Positions 1 to 10,305 of a stretch of DNA of 64,000 nt are shown here, in pieces. Under the pieces are notes generated by a model, which was given only the letters and a program-made list of their open reading frames with translations, was not told where the DNA came from and searched no databases. The position numbers and the translations under genes are program-made. Source of the stretch: Octopus sinensis (lineage: Eukaryota); contig NC_043016.1 of the NCBI RefSeq assembly GCF_006345805.1, positions 16,926,001 to 16,990,000 on the forward strand, read 5' to 3'. How positions within the stretch are numbered: position 1 is the stretch's first letter; each line of letters starts with the position of its first letter.

Positions 1-368
1 GACACCAAACATATTGTCATATGATATTTAAGAATGGATGTAGCACAGAACCTACAAAAGTTTCTAACCCTAATCACGTGATCATCCTTGACCAATCAAA
101 ACATATCCAAAACAGATACTAATTTGAGCCATGTTCTCTCTATAAAAACAAGACAATTTTTGAATTACAATCAGAAGCATAGCTCCATGTCTTTCTATCT
201 CAACTTTTGAAAATCAGGGAAATTTGAGAAACTAGTTAACCTTTAAAAACTTTTAGATATAAAATATAAGTGAATTCCAGTGCATTTTCAACTTGTTGAG
301 CACAACCAACTGATGAATGGAAACAGTTTTTTGTGATGTTTTTGCAGCTTTTATAAAAAAAGTATATA

Positions 369-906
369 CATCATCATTTAACATCCATTTTTCATGCATG
401 CATGGGTGGGACAGTCCACAGGAGCTGGCCAGGTAGAAAAACTACCTTAGGCTGCTCTGTTTTGGCAGGGATTTTAAGGCTGATGCACTCCTAACACCAA
501 CCCCTTTGCAGATTGGACTCAGTGCTTTCTACGTGGCACTAGCACAGGTGAGGTCAGTTTTGGTATGATTTTTACTGCTGGATGTCTTTCCAAATGTCAA
601 CCATGTTACAGTGTGGACTGGATGCTTTTTACATGGCTCCAGCACTGGTGGGGTCACCAAGTAACTTGCAAGACAAGGAATTATGAGAGGGCCGGGGGGG
701 CATTTGAGGAGAGGAACTCATGTCAGAGGATGAAAGGTTAGAGTGTGACAGAGAGTCAGAGCAGCAGAAACAAATGTCTTGCTACAACAGAGGGGTTTTT
801 GAAGGAGTTGATCATGTATCAATTGATGAAAGGTTAGAGTGTGACAGAAAAGTAAGGAGGCAGAAACAGGTGTCTTGCTATAGAGCAGGTACATGGTTAC
901 CTAACG

Positions 907-954
<48 letters not shown>

Positions 955-1935
955 TAGGAAACAGCAAAAGTGTAAGAGAGTGCAGGAGAGAGATGGTAAA
1001 GTGCCAGGGTATGTTTAGAGATAACAAGGATCAGAGCATAGATGTGATGGTAGAGTAAAGTCTTTTCTTTATTATGAAGGTTGTAATATGCATGGTCAGA
1101 TGTTGCCAAGCAGGTGCAAGTAGGGACTGGGGTTTGTAGTGACTGGTAAAAATCTGGGTAGAGTGCAGTGAGGGCAGGTAACGGGATTGGAAGACAATCA
1201 TAGTTTATGAGGAGGAAATGTGAGGAAGAAGAAAGATGCTGTTTAGAAGAGGATATGTAATTCAGTTTCTTGGGGGTCAGGTGTGTGAAAAGTTTGTTGC
1301 TACATGTGGGTGGGACACAACATTTCTAGCATTCAGTTTCACTGATGTGGGCAGGTCTTCACTAGAACCACAAATCACCAAACGTCATGGTCCATTTCCT
1401 CCATGAACACCGACGTCCTAAAATCAGTCCCCTTCACTTCATCCCATGTCTTCCTGGGTCTCCCTCTTCCACAGACACCATCCACTTTCAGTGACAGGCA
1501 CTTCTATATACAACTGTCTTCACTCATAAGCATCTCATGTTCAAACCAATGAATTCTACTCTCCTGCAGACCCCATTTAATCCCTCTTATGCCTAACTTT
1601 TCTCTCAACACAGTTGTACTTTGCCAGTCATGCACATCCAGCAGAGCCTGCTTGCTTCATTCCTCTCCAGTCTATGCATGTCATCTGTAGTCAGAGCCCA
1701 TGTCTCACCTCCATGTAATATAGCTGTACTCACAAACATCATACAATCTACCTTATACTCTGAGAGAGAGAGAGAGAGTCCTTTTGTTGCCAACAGAGGT
1801 AGTAGTTCTTTGAACTTCCTCCATCCTATTCTTCTTCTAGAAACAATACTTTCAGAGCATCCACCACCTTGGCTAATTTGGTCACCCAAATAGCAGAAAC
1901 TATCTACTACCTCAAGAGAGCCTCTTGGGCACACA
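369..1935 (-). mobile_element. RTE-clade LINE, degraded 3' fragment (C-terminal ORF plus long 3' UTR ending in a (GAT)n tail)
   Basis: Minus ORF 1605..2057 reads VDSFCYLGDQIS..RIGWRKFKELLPLL..LHGGETWAL..RLERNEASRLCW, matching the RTE ORFs at 18217 and 31009. The UTR blocks match 29740-30800. Confidence 0.85.
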
Positions 1936-2037
1936 GAAGATCTTATGTCTGTGTGTGTGTATATATATATATACATTGTGTACACCTTATGTGTGTGTGT
2001 GTAGTTGTGTGTGCGTGTGTGTGTGTGTATATATATA

Positions 2038-2203
2038 CAGCTTGGCACCAGTGACATCGCAACCCATTTCTACAGGTGAGTGACCTGGAGCAATAAAGTG
2101 AAATAAAGTGTCTTGCTCAAAAGCACAACACAGCCTGGTCCAGGAATTGAACTCACTACCTCATGATTGTGAGCCTGATACTCTAACCACCGAGCCATGC
2201 ATC
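2038..2203 (-). mobile_element. tRNA-derived SINE
   Basis: Minus strand TGGCTCGGTGG (A box) and GAGTTCAATTCC (B box), followed by a body similar to 25673-25920. Confidence 0.7.
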
Positions 2204-2213
2204 TGTGTGTGTG

Positions 2214-2219
<6 letters not shown>

Positions 2220-2294
<75 letters not shown>

Positions 2295-2295
2295 G

Positions 2296-2330
<35 letters not shown>

Positions 2331-2390
2331 GTATATATATATTATATATATATAATATATATATATATATTATATTATATATATATATAT

Positions 2391-2449
<59 letters not shown>

Positions 2450-2462
2450 GTATATATATATA
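2220..2462. repeat. (TA)n microsatellite
   Basis: About 240 bp of TA with few interruptions; directly flanks the 489-bp array. Confidence 0.95.
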
Positions 2463-2584
2463 TCACAATCAAGGAACGGCCATAATAGGCCATTCACCCA
2501 CTAGAAATAACAGCCAAAAGCTTTAACCGCAAAATAACATCAATTCCGTAAACCAGGAGAAAATTAAAAAACATTTACCCTGTA

Positions 2585-2691
2585 ATTTCTTATACGATGC
2601 ACCGTTCCATCTACTGTTTAATGGTAAACTAACCTGATTAAATTAAATCAAGCCAATCTACCATAGGCCTTTAGATTCATCAGTAAGAAAT
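2585..2691 (-). ncRNA. Type I hammerhead ribozyme motif, unit 1 (core mutated, GGAAC)
   Basis: Minus strand: ATTTCTTA-CTGATGA-ATCTA..TAGAT-GGAAC-GGTGCATC-GTA-TAAGAAAT. The A-to-G change in GAAA predicts an inactive copy. Confidence 0.7.
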
Positions 2692-3073
2692 AGCCAAGTC
2701 GGAACAGATATTTTTCACGAGGCATTCCCGTCCCTGCCTCGGCAATATCTGACCTAAAATTTTCAAATCATCGCACTCGCGCCAAATTTATCGGCAGCAA
2801 ATAAATATAAGCCGCCGATTCCATTACGGAATTAACCAGAAAATTCATAATTAATCAATATAGGGTGCCAAAAAATTTTGTAGAATTTTTTTGCCACCAG
2901 CGGCCTAGTGGGAAAAAATTAAATAGTCATATACCATTTTTAAGTTCAACATCACAATCAAGGAACGGCCATAATAGGCCATTCACCCACTAGAAATAAC
3001 AGCCAAAAGCTTAAACCGCAAAATAACATCAATTCCGTAAACCAGGAGAAAATTAAAAAACATTTACCCTGTA

Positions 3074-3179
3074 ATTTCTTATACGATGCACCGTTTCATC
3101 TACTGTTTAATGGTAAACTAACCTGATTAAATTAAATCAAGCCAATCTACCATAGGCCCTTAGATTCATCAGTAAGAAT
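3074..3179 (-). ncRNA. Type I hammerhead ribozyme, unit 2
   Basis: Intact CTGATGA, GAAAC and GTA. Stem I is reduced to 6 bp by a 1-nt deletion; stem II ATCTA/TAGAT. Confidence 0.8.
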
Positions 3180-3561
3180 AGCCAAGTCGGAACAGATATT
3201 TTTCACGAGGCATTCCCGTCCCTGCCTCGGCAATATCTGACCTAAAATTTTCAAATCATCGCACTCGCGCCAAATTTATCGGCAGCAAATAAATATAAGC
3301 CGCCGATTCCATTACGGAATTAACCAGAAAATTCATAATTAATCAATATAGGGTGGCAAAAAATTTTGTAGAATTTTTTTGCCACCAGCGGCCTAGTGGG
3401 AAAAAATTAAATAGTCATATACCATTTTTAAGTTCAACATCACAATCAAGGAACGGCCATAATAGGCCATTCACCCACTAGAAATAACAGCCAAAAGCTT
3501 TAACCGCAAAATAACATCAATTCCGTAAACCAGGAGAAAATTAAAAAACATTTACCCTGTA

Positions 3562-3668
3562 ATTTCTTATACGATGCACCGTTTCATCTACTGTTTAATG
3601 GTAAACTAACCTGATTAAATTAAATCAAGCCAATCTACCATAGGCCCTTAGATTCATCAGTAAGAAAT
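3562..3668 (-). ncRNA. Type I hammerhead ribozyme, unit 3
   Basis: Stem I ATTTCTTA/TAAGAAAT (8 bp), CTGATGA, stem II ATCTA/TAGAT, GAAA, near-palindromic stem III CGGTGCATCG, GTA triplet. Predicted cut between 3570 and 3569. Confidence 0.85.
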
Positions 3669-4050
3669 AGCCAAGTCGGAACAGATATTTTTCACGAAGC
3701 ATTCCCGTCCCTGCCTCGGCAATATCTGACCTAAAATTTTCAAATCATAGCACTCGCGCCAAATTTATCGGCAGCAAATAAATATAAGCCGCCGATTCCA
3801 TTATGGAATTAACCAGAAAATTCATAATTAATCAATATAGGGTGGCAAAAAATTTTGTAGAATTTTTTTGCCACCAGCGGCCTAGTGGGAAAAAATTAAA
3901 TAGTCATATACCATTTTTAAGTTCAACATCACAATCAAGGAACGGCCATAATAGGCCATTCACCCACTAGAAATAACAGCCAAAAGCTTTAACCGCAAAA
4001 TAACATCAATTCCGTAAACCAGGAGAAAATTAAAAAACATTTACCCTGTA

Positions 4051-4157
4051 ATTTCTTATACGATGCACCGTTTCATCTACTGTTTAATGGTAAACTAACC
4101 TGATTAAATTAAATCAAGCCAATCTACCATAGGCCCTTAGATTCATCAGTAAGAAAT
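4051..4157 (-). ncRNA. Type I hammerhead ribozyme, unit 4
   Basis: Same intact fold as unit 3. Predicted cut between 4059 and 4058. Confidence 0.85.
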
Positions 4158-4482
4158 AGCCAAGTCGGAACAGATATTTTTCACGAGGCATTCCCGTCCC
4201 TGCCTCGGCAATATCTGACCTAAAATTTTCAAATCATCGCACTCGCGCCAAATTTATCGGCAGCAAATAAATATAAGCCGCCGATTCCATTACGGAATTA
4301 ACCAGAAAATTCATAATTAATCAATATAGGGTGGCAAAAAATTTTGTAGAATTTTTTTGCCACCAGCGGCCTAGTGGGAAAAAATTAAATAGTCATATAC
4401 CATTTTTAAGTTCAACATCTTTTCCCACTAGGCCGCTGGTGGCAAAAAAAATTGTACAAAATTTTTTGCCACCCTATATTGA

Positions 4483-4520
<38 letters not shown>

Positions 4521-4908
4521 TCACAATCAAGGAACGGCCATAATAGGCCATTCACCCACTAGAAATAACAGCCAAAGCTTCAACCGCAAAATAACATCAA
4601 TTCCATAAACCAGGAGAAAATTAAAAAACATTTACCCTGTAATTTCTTATACGATGCACCGTTTCATCTACTGTTTAATGGTAAACTAACCTGATTAAAT
4701 TAAATCAAGCCAATCTTCCATAGGCCCTTAGAATCATCAGTAAGAAATAGCCAAGTCGGAACAGGTATTTTCACGAGGCATTTCCGTCCCTGCCTTGGCA
4801 ATATCTGACCTAAAATTTTCAAATCATCGCACTCGCGCCAAATTTATCGGCAGCAAATAAATATAAGCCGCCGATTCCACCCTATTTTGCCACCCTATAT
4901 TGATTAAT
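4521..4908 (-). mobile_element. Second, truncated copy of the 489-bp family with its own short inverted tip
   Basis: Unit sequence runs 4521-4879, then the inverted fragment TTTTGCCACCCTATATTGATTAAT, then (TA)n. It carries private substitutions. Confidence 0.85.
4642..4748 (-). ncRNA. Type I hammerhead motif, copy 5 (first stem II pair broken)
   Basis: CTGATGA-TTCTA..TAGAT-GAAAC..GTA; T/T mismatch at the 10.1/11.1 pair. Confidence 0.65.
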
Positions 4909-4999
4909 ATATATATATATATATATATATACATACATATATATATGTATATGTGTGTATATGTATGTATGTATGTATGTACGTATATGTATATATATA

Positions 5000-5344
5000 T
5001 ATATATTATATATATATATATAATAAAATATTAGGGAATAAATCCAAACTTACAGGGAAAAATCAGATTTAGGAATGAATCCAATTTTATAGTAAAATAT
5101 TATATTATATTAAATTAGAGATAAAACCACTATTAGGCAAATCATACAATGAAAAACTTAAGCCAATACATAAGATTATTTAATTTATATTATTTAAATA
5201 TATAACAAAATTATTAAAAAAATATAATTAACATATCACTACGATCGTTTCATGGCTGTTAATAATATAAATTAAATAATCTTATGTATTGGCTTAAGTT
5301 TTTCATTGTATGATTTGCCTAATAGTGGTTTTGTCTCTAATTTA

Positions 5345-5350
<6 letters not shown>
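5000..5350 (-). mobile_element. Fold-back element in (TA)n, family A
   Basis: 88-bp arms 5107-5194 and 5261-5348 with one mismatch. The 66-nt spacer contains minus-strand GAAAC-GATC-GTA at 5240-5251. Confidence 0.7.
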
Positions 5351-5377
<27 letters not shown>

Positions 5378-5429
5378 TCCATCTTATAAGTATATTACCT
5401 TCTTATCTGCACAATACATACATACATAT

Positions 5430-6000
5430 ACATCACTGCTCAAAATTTCATTCACACCACAAGACCCCTTTGAATGAACAGCACACGAACTCTACATCTC
5501 CACACTTTCCATTTGTAAGGACAAAATATGAACTCCTATTGGAATTTACATACCATTGACAAGAAGCATTTCTACCCATTCTACACAGCACATTCCTTGG
5601 ACAATGGAACTGCAACTATGACATCCTACATATATTTTCACCTTTATCTTTATTCTCTTATTTCCTTTTATACTTCCTATATCCACCCTTTTCCAAAATC
5701 ACTCCGTATATTGAACTCTTCAATTTAACTCTCTAACATCATCTCTGATGAAGCGATATCCCTAATATCCCAGAAACAACTGTAAGACCAACTTTCTCTT
5801 TATAATTGTCCTGAAAATTCCACACACCCTTGGCTTTGTTGTCTCATTTTATTTAACATATACATGCTCACTCAAGACCCACATTAGACTCCCCACTCAT
5901 ATTATTATCAAACTGAGAGTCTAACTATGGTCGTCCCGTAGCACTTACATAGCCTTACCAGCCATCTTGGGTCTTCTGGATACCAATGCCTCTCATACAT
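5430..6000 (+). mobile_element. Hammerhead-bearing non-coding element, family B
   Basis: Colinear similarity to 45150-45545, including CTAACTA..TAGCACTTAC..GGGTCTT..CCTCTCATA downstream of the hammerhead. Confidence 0.65.
5741..5788 (+). ncRNA. Minimal type I hammerhead motif (family B)
   Basis: ATCT-CTGATGA-A-GCGATAT..ATATCCC-A-GAAAC-AACT-GTA-AGAC; the stems are partly decayed. Confidence 0.6.
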
Positions 6001-6099
6001 ATGCTAGGTAATTGCTGTTATGGATTACCAATAATACTAATGTATAGACTTGAGGTGTTTGCCTGTTTGCCCTATTTTAAAAGGATCAAGGTGTAGGAA

Positions 6100-8032
6100 G
6101 AATGCTTTGGGCAATCTGTAATAAATATTAAAAAAAAAACAACTTCCAAGAACAAAAGTGATTTACTGAGATGGAAGGTGGCAGATTATTTTTCTTTATT
6201 GAAAATCAATGAGCAGAAAAAAGTTCTTTTTATATTCCATGGTAGGCGACCAGGGTTGCCGAGTGTGTGAAAAAGAATATAAAAGTTAGGAAAAATACAG
6301 GCTAATTATGTTTCATAGAGAGTGGAACCTCAGAAGTGGTAAAATCCAAGTGAGGAGTATACTGCTGGTTACTGTTCAGGCCAAGGATATCTTGATTAGA
6401 TTAAAGATTACATTGTCACAATGAGGTACATGTTGATGCAAAGAGGATTCAATCAGAACGTGTGGAGATCACAATATGAGAGGAGTATATAAATGTAAGA
6501 AGGAATAAGTATTAGAAGAAGGGAAGAAAGAAGAGAAAATATAAGAGAGGGAGAAGAAGGAGGAATTGGATGAGGTCAGTTGACTGGTAGTAGATAATTT
6601 TGTAGTTTTGGCTGAATCACAGACTATGGCAGTGGGATTGATACTTGAAGAAAAGATAAATTGGAGGGGAGAGGGTGAGGAAATATTTTTGGTTGTGAGG
6701 AAGAAGGAAAGTGTGTATGGATAAAACGAGGTTGGGTGAGGAATTTAAGTGCAACTAGCTGAATTTTGGTAGTCAAAGGGCTTTTATGGCCAAAAGGCAA
6801 AAATTAGCAGGGAGTGGTAAAAAAAAAGAAGCATATAAAGAGGTGTAGGTGTATGTAGGCGTATGTATTTGGAAGCTTAGAGATGGAGGGGGTAGGAGGG
6901 GGAATTGAAATAAAAGGAAAGAAAAATACTTTAGATAGTAAGTAAAAATATAGAGAGAATTTTGTAATTGATGATCAAGGAATTAAGAGGGGATAAGAAT
7001 ATTGTTGGTTTAATACAAAGTGGTAGTGAGAGTGGATGAATGGGGGAAGTGAGATAAGAGCAGGGTGGGGGTTGTAATTATTTGTATTTTGAGAATAGAT
7101 TTAGAGCCTGATGTTTGCAGCTGAATATCATACTGCTGTGCTCAATGCAAAATAGCCATGACCTCTGCTATGCAGATATCACACTTGTTGTTATATCCAC
7201 ATAACTACAACTATAATGCCAATGGTAACACCTGACCCTTAAATGTACCACAGCACCCAAATATACCTCCTGTTATAATAGAGAACATCCCAGAGGATAC
7301 CACTGGACACAATAATTATCATACCATACAACCCAACAACACCATCCTCAACTCCTTATCAAACGATAGCCTTAGCACCAACTATAATAACAAACTGAAC
7401 ACTGATTCCTCACTAAATAACAATCCCCTCACAAGCCCATCCGGAACAACCACTACAAACCTGCGCTGCTGCAGGTGCCCAACCTTCTGTCCTTTAGATA
7501 ACTGCTGTCTCACTAAAAACATAGTTTATAAGTGCACAGTATCAACTAACAACTGCAACTACATTTACATCAGCTCATGTAGCACCACCTCCAAAGCTAG
7601 GGTGAGCAATCACCATTCTAGCTTCAAATCCTATACAAAATCTAACAGTAGATCTTTATCTCAACTTATCAGGAAACTAATGCCTGATTCAATCCCTTAC
7701 ATTCTCAAATGGTCCATAGTCACCCATACCAAACCTTAGAGCCGATATAACAACAATTGTGATCTCTGCTTAGCCAAGGTCATGGCTATTTTGCATTCCA
7801 CAGACTGTGTCATTGAGCACAGCAGTATGATATTCAGCTGCAAACATCAGGCTCTAAATCTATTCTCAAAATACAAATAATTACAACCCCCACCCTGCTC
7901 TTGTCTCCCCTTAAATCTCATACATATATCTATTTTTCCCCACTCATCCACTCTCACTACTACTTTGCATTTAACCAACAATATTCTTTTCCCCCACTTA
8001 ATTCCGTGATTGTCAATTACAAAATTCTCTCT
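6100..8032 (+). mobile_element. Penelope-like element remnant with an inverted 5' pseudo-LTR
   Basis: 6952-7197 is the reverse complement of 7744-8032, and a GIY-YIG remnant lies at 7467-7880. The left boundary is approximate. Confidence 0.7.
7467..7880 (+). pseudogene. PLE GIY-YIG endonuclease remnant
   Basis: Reads CCRCPTFCPLDNCCLTKNIVYKCTV..YIYIS..SKARVSNHHSSF..LSQLIRKL..YILKWSI..*..CDLCLAK..SCKH; one in-frame stop. Confidence 0.75.
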
Positions 8033-8750
8033 GTGTTAACCATGGCCTCCAGACAACTTCAGAATCTCCTGCAACTCTTCTGGATGATCTACTTGGTTAG
8101 GTTGGTGAATGCTGCCATAATCCTTGCCTTCAGTTCATATTTGGTGTTACAAGGTCTCTTGTTCAACTGTGCCCCACACATAATAATTAAGGGAGTTGCA
8201 GTCTGGGGAGTTAGGTGCCCAGATTTTAGGGGTGATGTGGACACAGAAATTGTCTGACAGCCATGACTGGGTTCTCCTGTTTGTGTAGTGTAGTGCAGAG
8301 CCCTGTTGCCAGCCATAAGGTCTTCCAGCAGCCACTCCCTTGACCCAGGGCAGCATTACCTCCTCCACGCACTTGATGTAGGCCTACATGTTGAGTGTGA
8401 GGCCATGTGGGAAGATGAATGGAGGCATAACATTGCCATCACTAGTGATCACTCCAAACACCATGATCTTGACTGGATGTTTGATCTTCATCACTCTCGG
8501 TACATCTCCTCTGATAGACACCCAAACACTCTCAAATGTTCATAATGGAGCTTCTGGTGTGAATGCCAAGCAGTACAGAATGTCATTTCCAAATTTCTGG
8601 CAGAGTGAATTGTGTCATGGTGCTGATTTTCTTACAGATGGTACTCAACTGATTCTTCCTATACTGTGTAGTCAACAAAATCAAAAACAAACAATGTGGC
8701 TGCACGAAATAAAAAATATAAAATGGCAGCAATTTACCCATCACACCCTG
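8033..8750 (-). mobile_element. Tc1/mariner DD37D (maT-like) transposon, internally deleted
   Basis: Minus ORFs read QQGSALH..WAPNSPDCNSLNYYVWG with 37 residues between the degenerate catalytic positions, and ..ELKARIMAAF. The terminus TA-CAGGGTG is at 8750. Confidence 0.85.
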
Positions 8751-8794
8751 TATATATATATATTACTATAATTTTTACAATTATAATTTTTACA

Positions 8795-8850
8795 ACCCAT
8801 GCTAGCATGGAAGGCAGACGTTAAACGATGATGATGATGATGATGATGAT
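8795..8850 (+). mobile_element. RTE 3' terminus with (GAT)n tail
   Basis: CAACCCATGCTAGCATGGAAGGCAGACGTTAAACGATGATG, as at 19330-19387. Confidence 0.8.
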
Positions 8851-8854
8851 GATA

Positions 8855-10250
8855 TATATATTTGATAGAAGATGAACCTAACTCTGTTAATTTCTTAGAT
8901 GTTACATTAGAGATCAAAACAGGAATTTATAAACCTGATTTTCTCCCCTCCATACACACACAAGCATGTATCTGACTCATACATTGTTCGCTTTCCAGAC
9001 ATTTCTACATTGCTGCATGTACTTTATATGCACTTTCTGACAAGTTGTGGGGCACCTGAGCACTGTATACAATAATTTCATTATTATTATTATATATTAT
9101 TAAAATGCAAAATATACAAACACTGGAAGTAATCAGCCCAAATCAGTAAGAAACTCACTAATAATGAACATTTCATCTAGAATAACTAAATTATGAGCCA
9201 ATGAGAATATTTTCAAACTAAATGAAGACTACTATAACTTAGCACTTAGGAAAGCGGAATATAAAGATAAAACGAAGTTTAATAAGTTGAATAACGAATC
9301 TGATTTAAAAAGCAATTTTAATAAAGCAAATCTAAATAAATCTACTTATAGGAAAAATAGTGATGGAAATTTAAAATTAAATATAGAAGTTAATGAAATG
9401 ACAAGAGTTGGTGATTTTATTAGAACAAATAATCAAATAAACAATTGTAATTCATACAAAAGGAAAAATTGTAAGACAGTTGATAACCAATTTAAGAGTT
9501 TTTATACTGCTAATAGAAATGTGGATGCATTATTTCTAATAAAATCTTAAATTGTTTTAATATAAAAACAACTAAAAGATTTAAAAGATAAAATAATAGC
9601 TAACTTTAATATGGATTGGAATCAGAGAATACTTATTCCTTTGAAAAAAAGTTTAAACATCAAAATTATGATCTTAACTCCAAGAATACTTTATGGTTAA
9701 TTATTCCATTTGGTAAACAAGTAAATTATAATTTTTCCAAATTGTTTAATATAGCAATTGAAAAATATTTTCCAATCAATCATAAATATTATGGAATTTT
9801 TTTAACAAGCATACGGCTTGCATGGCTTATTGTCTTTGCAAAAATATTGCACAAATTATAGCAGAACATAATGTTAAGATAATATCAAAATTTTAAAAAA
9901 GCTATTATAATCAAAGTAGTAGAGTAAATATTAAGTATAATAATGTGAAACAGAATTAAAAAACTCCAATAGAAGGAAACATTAAGAATCGAAAAGTCAC
10001 AGCCCAAGGGAAACAACCCAATTTAACTGAATAACGTCGAATAAAAAAGTTCAGCTGAAAATAAGACAAAGTTGTCAAAAGGGAGAAGAAAGAACTTTGT
10101 GGAAATGGATTTGATTCTACCCCGAATAATCAGATTAAAATCAATTCTGAGGGAAATATTAAAAAATTATCTTAGCAATTGTTCTAAACGGTAATCGTGT
10201 TATGTGAAAAACAAGTGTAGGACTAGAAATATGATATATAGATGATATAT
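8855..10250 (+). mobile_element. Penelope-like element remnant (RT C-terminus, linker and start of the endonuclease)
   Basis: Reads VNFLDVTLEIKTGIYKP, SNQPKSVRNSL..SSRITKL*ANENIF..YYNLALRK and IIPFGKQV..IEKYFPINHKYYGIF, then a Cys-rich start near 10190. Confidence 0.7.
8936..9093 (+). mobile_element. CR1-type LINE 3' end inserted in the PLE remnant
   Basis: Ends GCACCTGAGCACTGTATACAATAATTTC(ATT)n, like the CR1 3' end at 19970-20016. Confidence 0.7.
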
Positions 10251-10257
10251 AGTTGCA

Positions 10258-10305
10258 TCTCTTTTACTCTTTTACTTGTTTCAGTTATTTGACTGCGGCC
10301 ATTTG
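10258..10305 (-). mobile_element. SINE 3' tail fragment ((TAAAAGAG)n family)
   Basis: CTCTTTTACTCTTTTACTTGTTTCAGTTATTTGACTGCGGCC, shared with 23675 and 41285. Confidence 0.75.

Larger units (their letters stand above)
2463..4490 (-). mobile_element. Tandem array of four 488-489 bp hammerhead-bearing units plus a terminal inverted arm (candidate non-LTR retrozyme or PLE-mobilised element)
   Basis: Unit starts (TCACAATCAAGG) at 2463, 2952, 3440 and 3929, nearly identical. 4420-4490 is the reverse complement of 4313-4382. Flanked by (TA)n on both sides. Confidence 0.85.

Noticed and set aside
4340-4420. Helitron reading of the 489-bp unit (5' TC, hairpin followed by CTAG)
   Set aside because: The CTAG is about 43 bp inside the unit rather than at the junction, and the hammerhead plus inverted arm explain the structure better. 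Not fully excluded.
6305-6340. Hammerhead in the inverted PLE arm (minus strand CTGAGGT..GAAAC)
   Set aside because: The core is altered, with no convincing stem II or GTH triplet.
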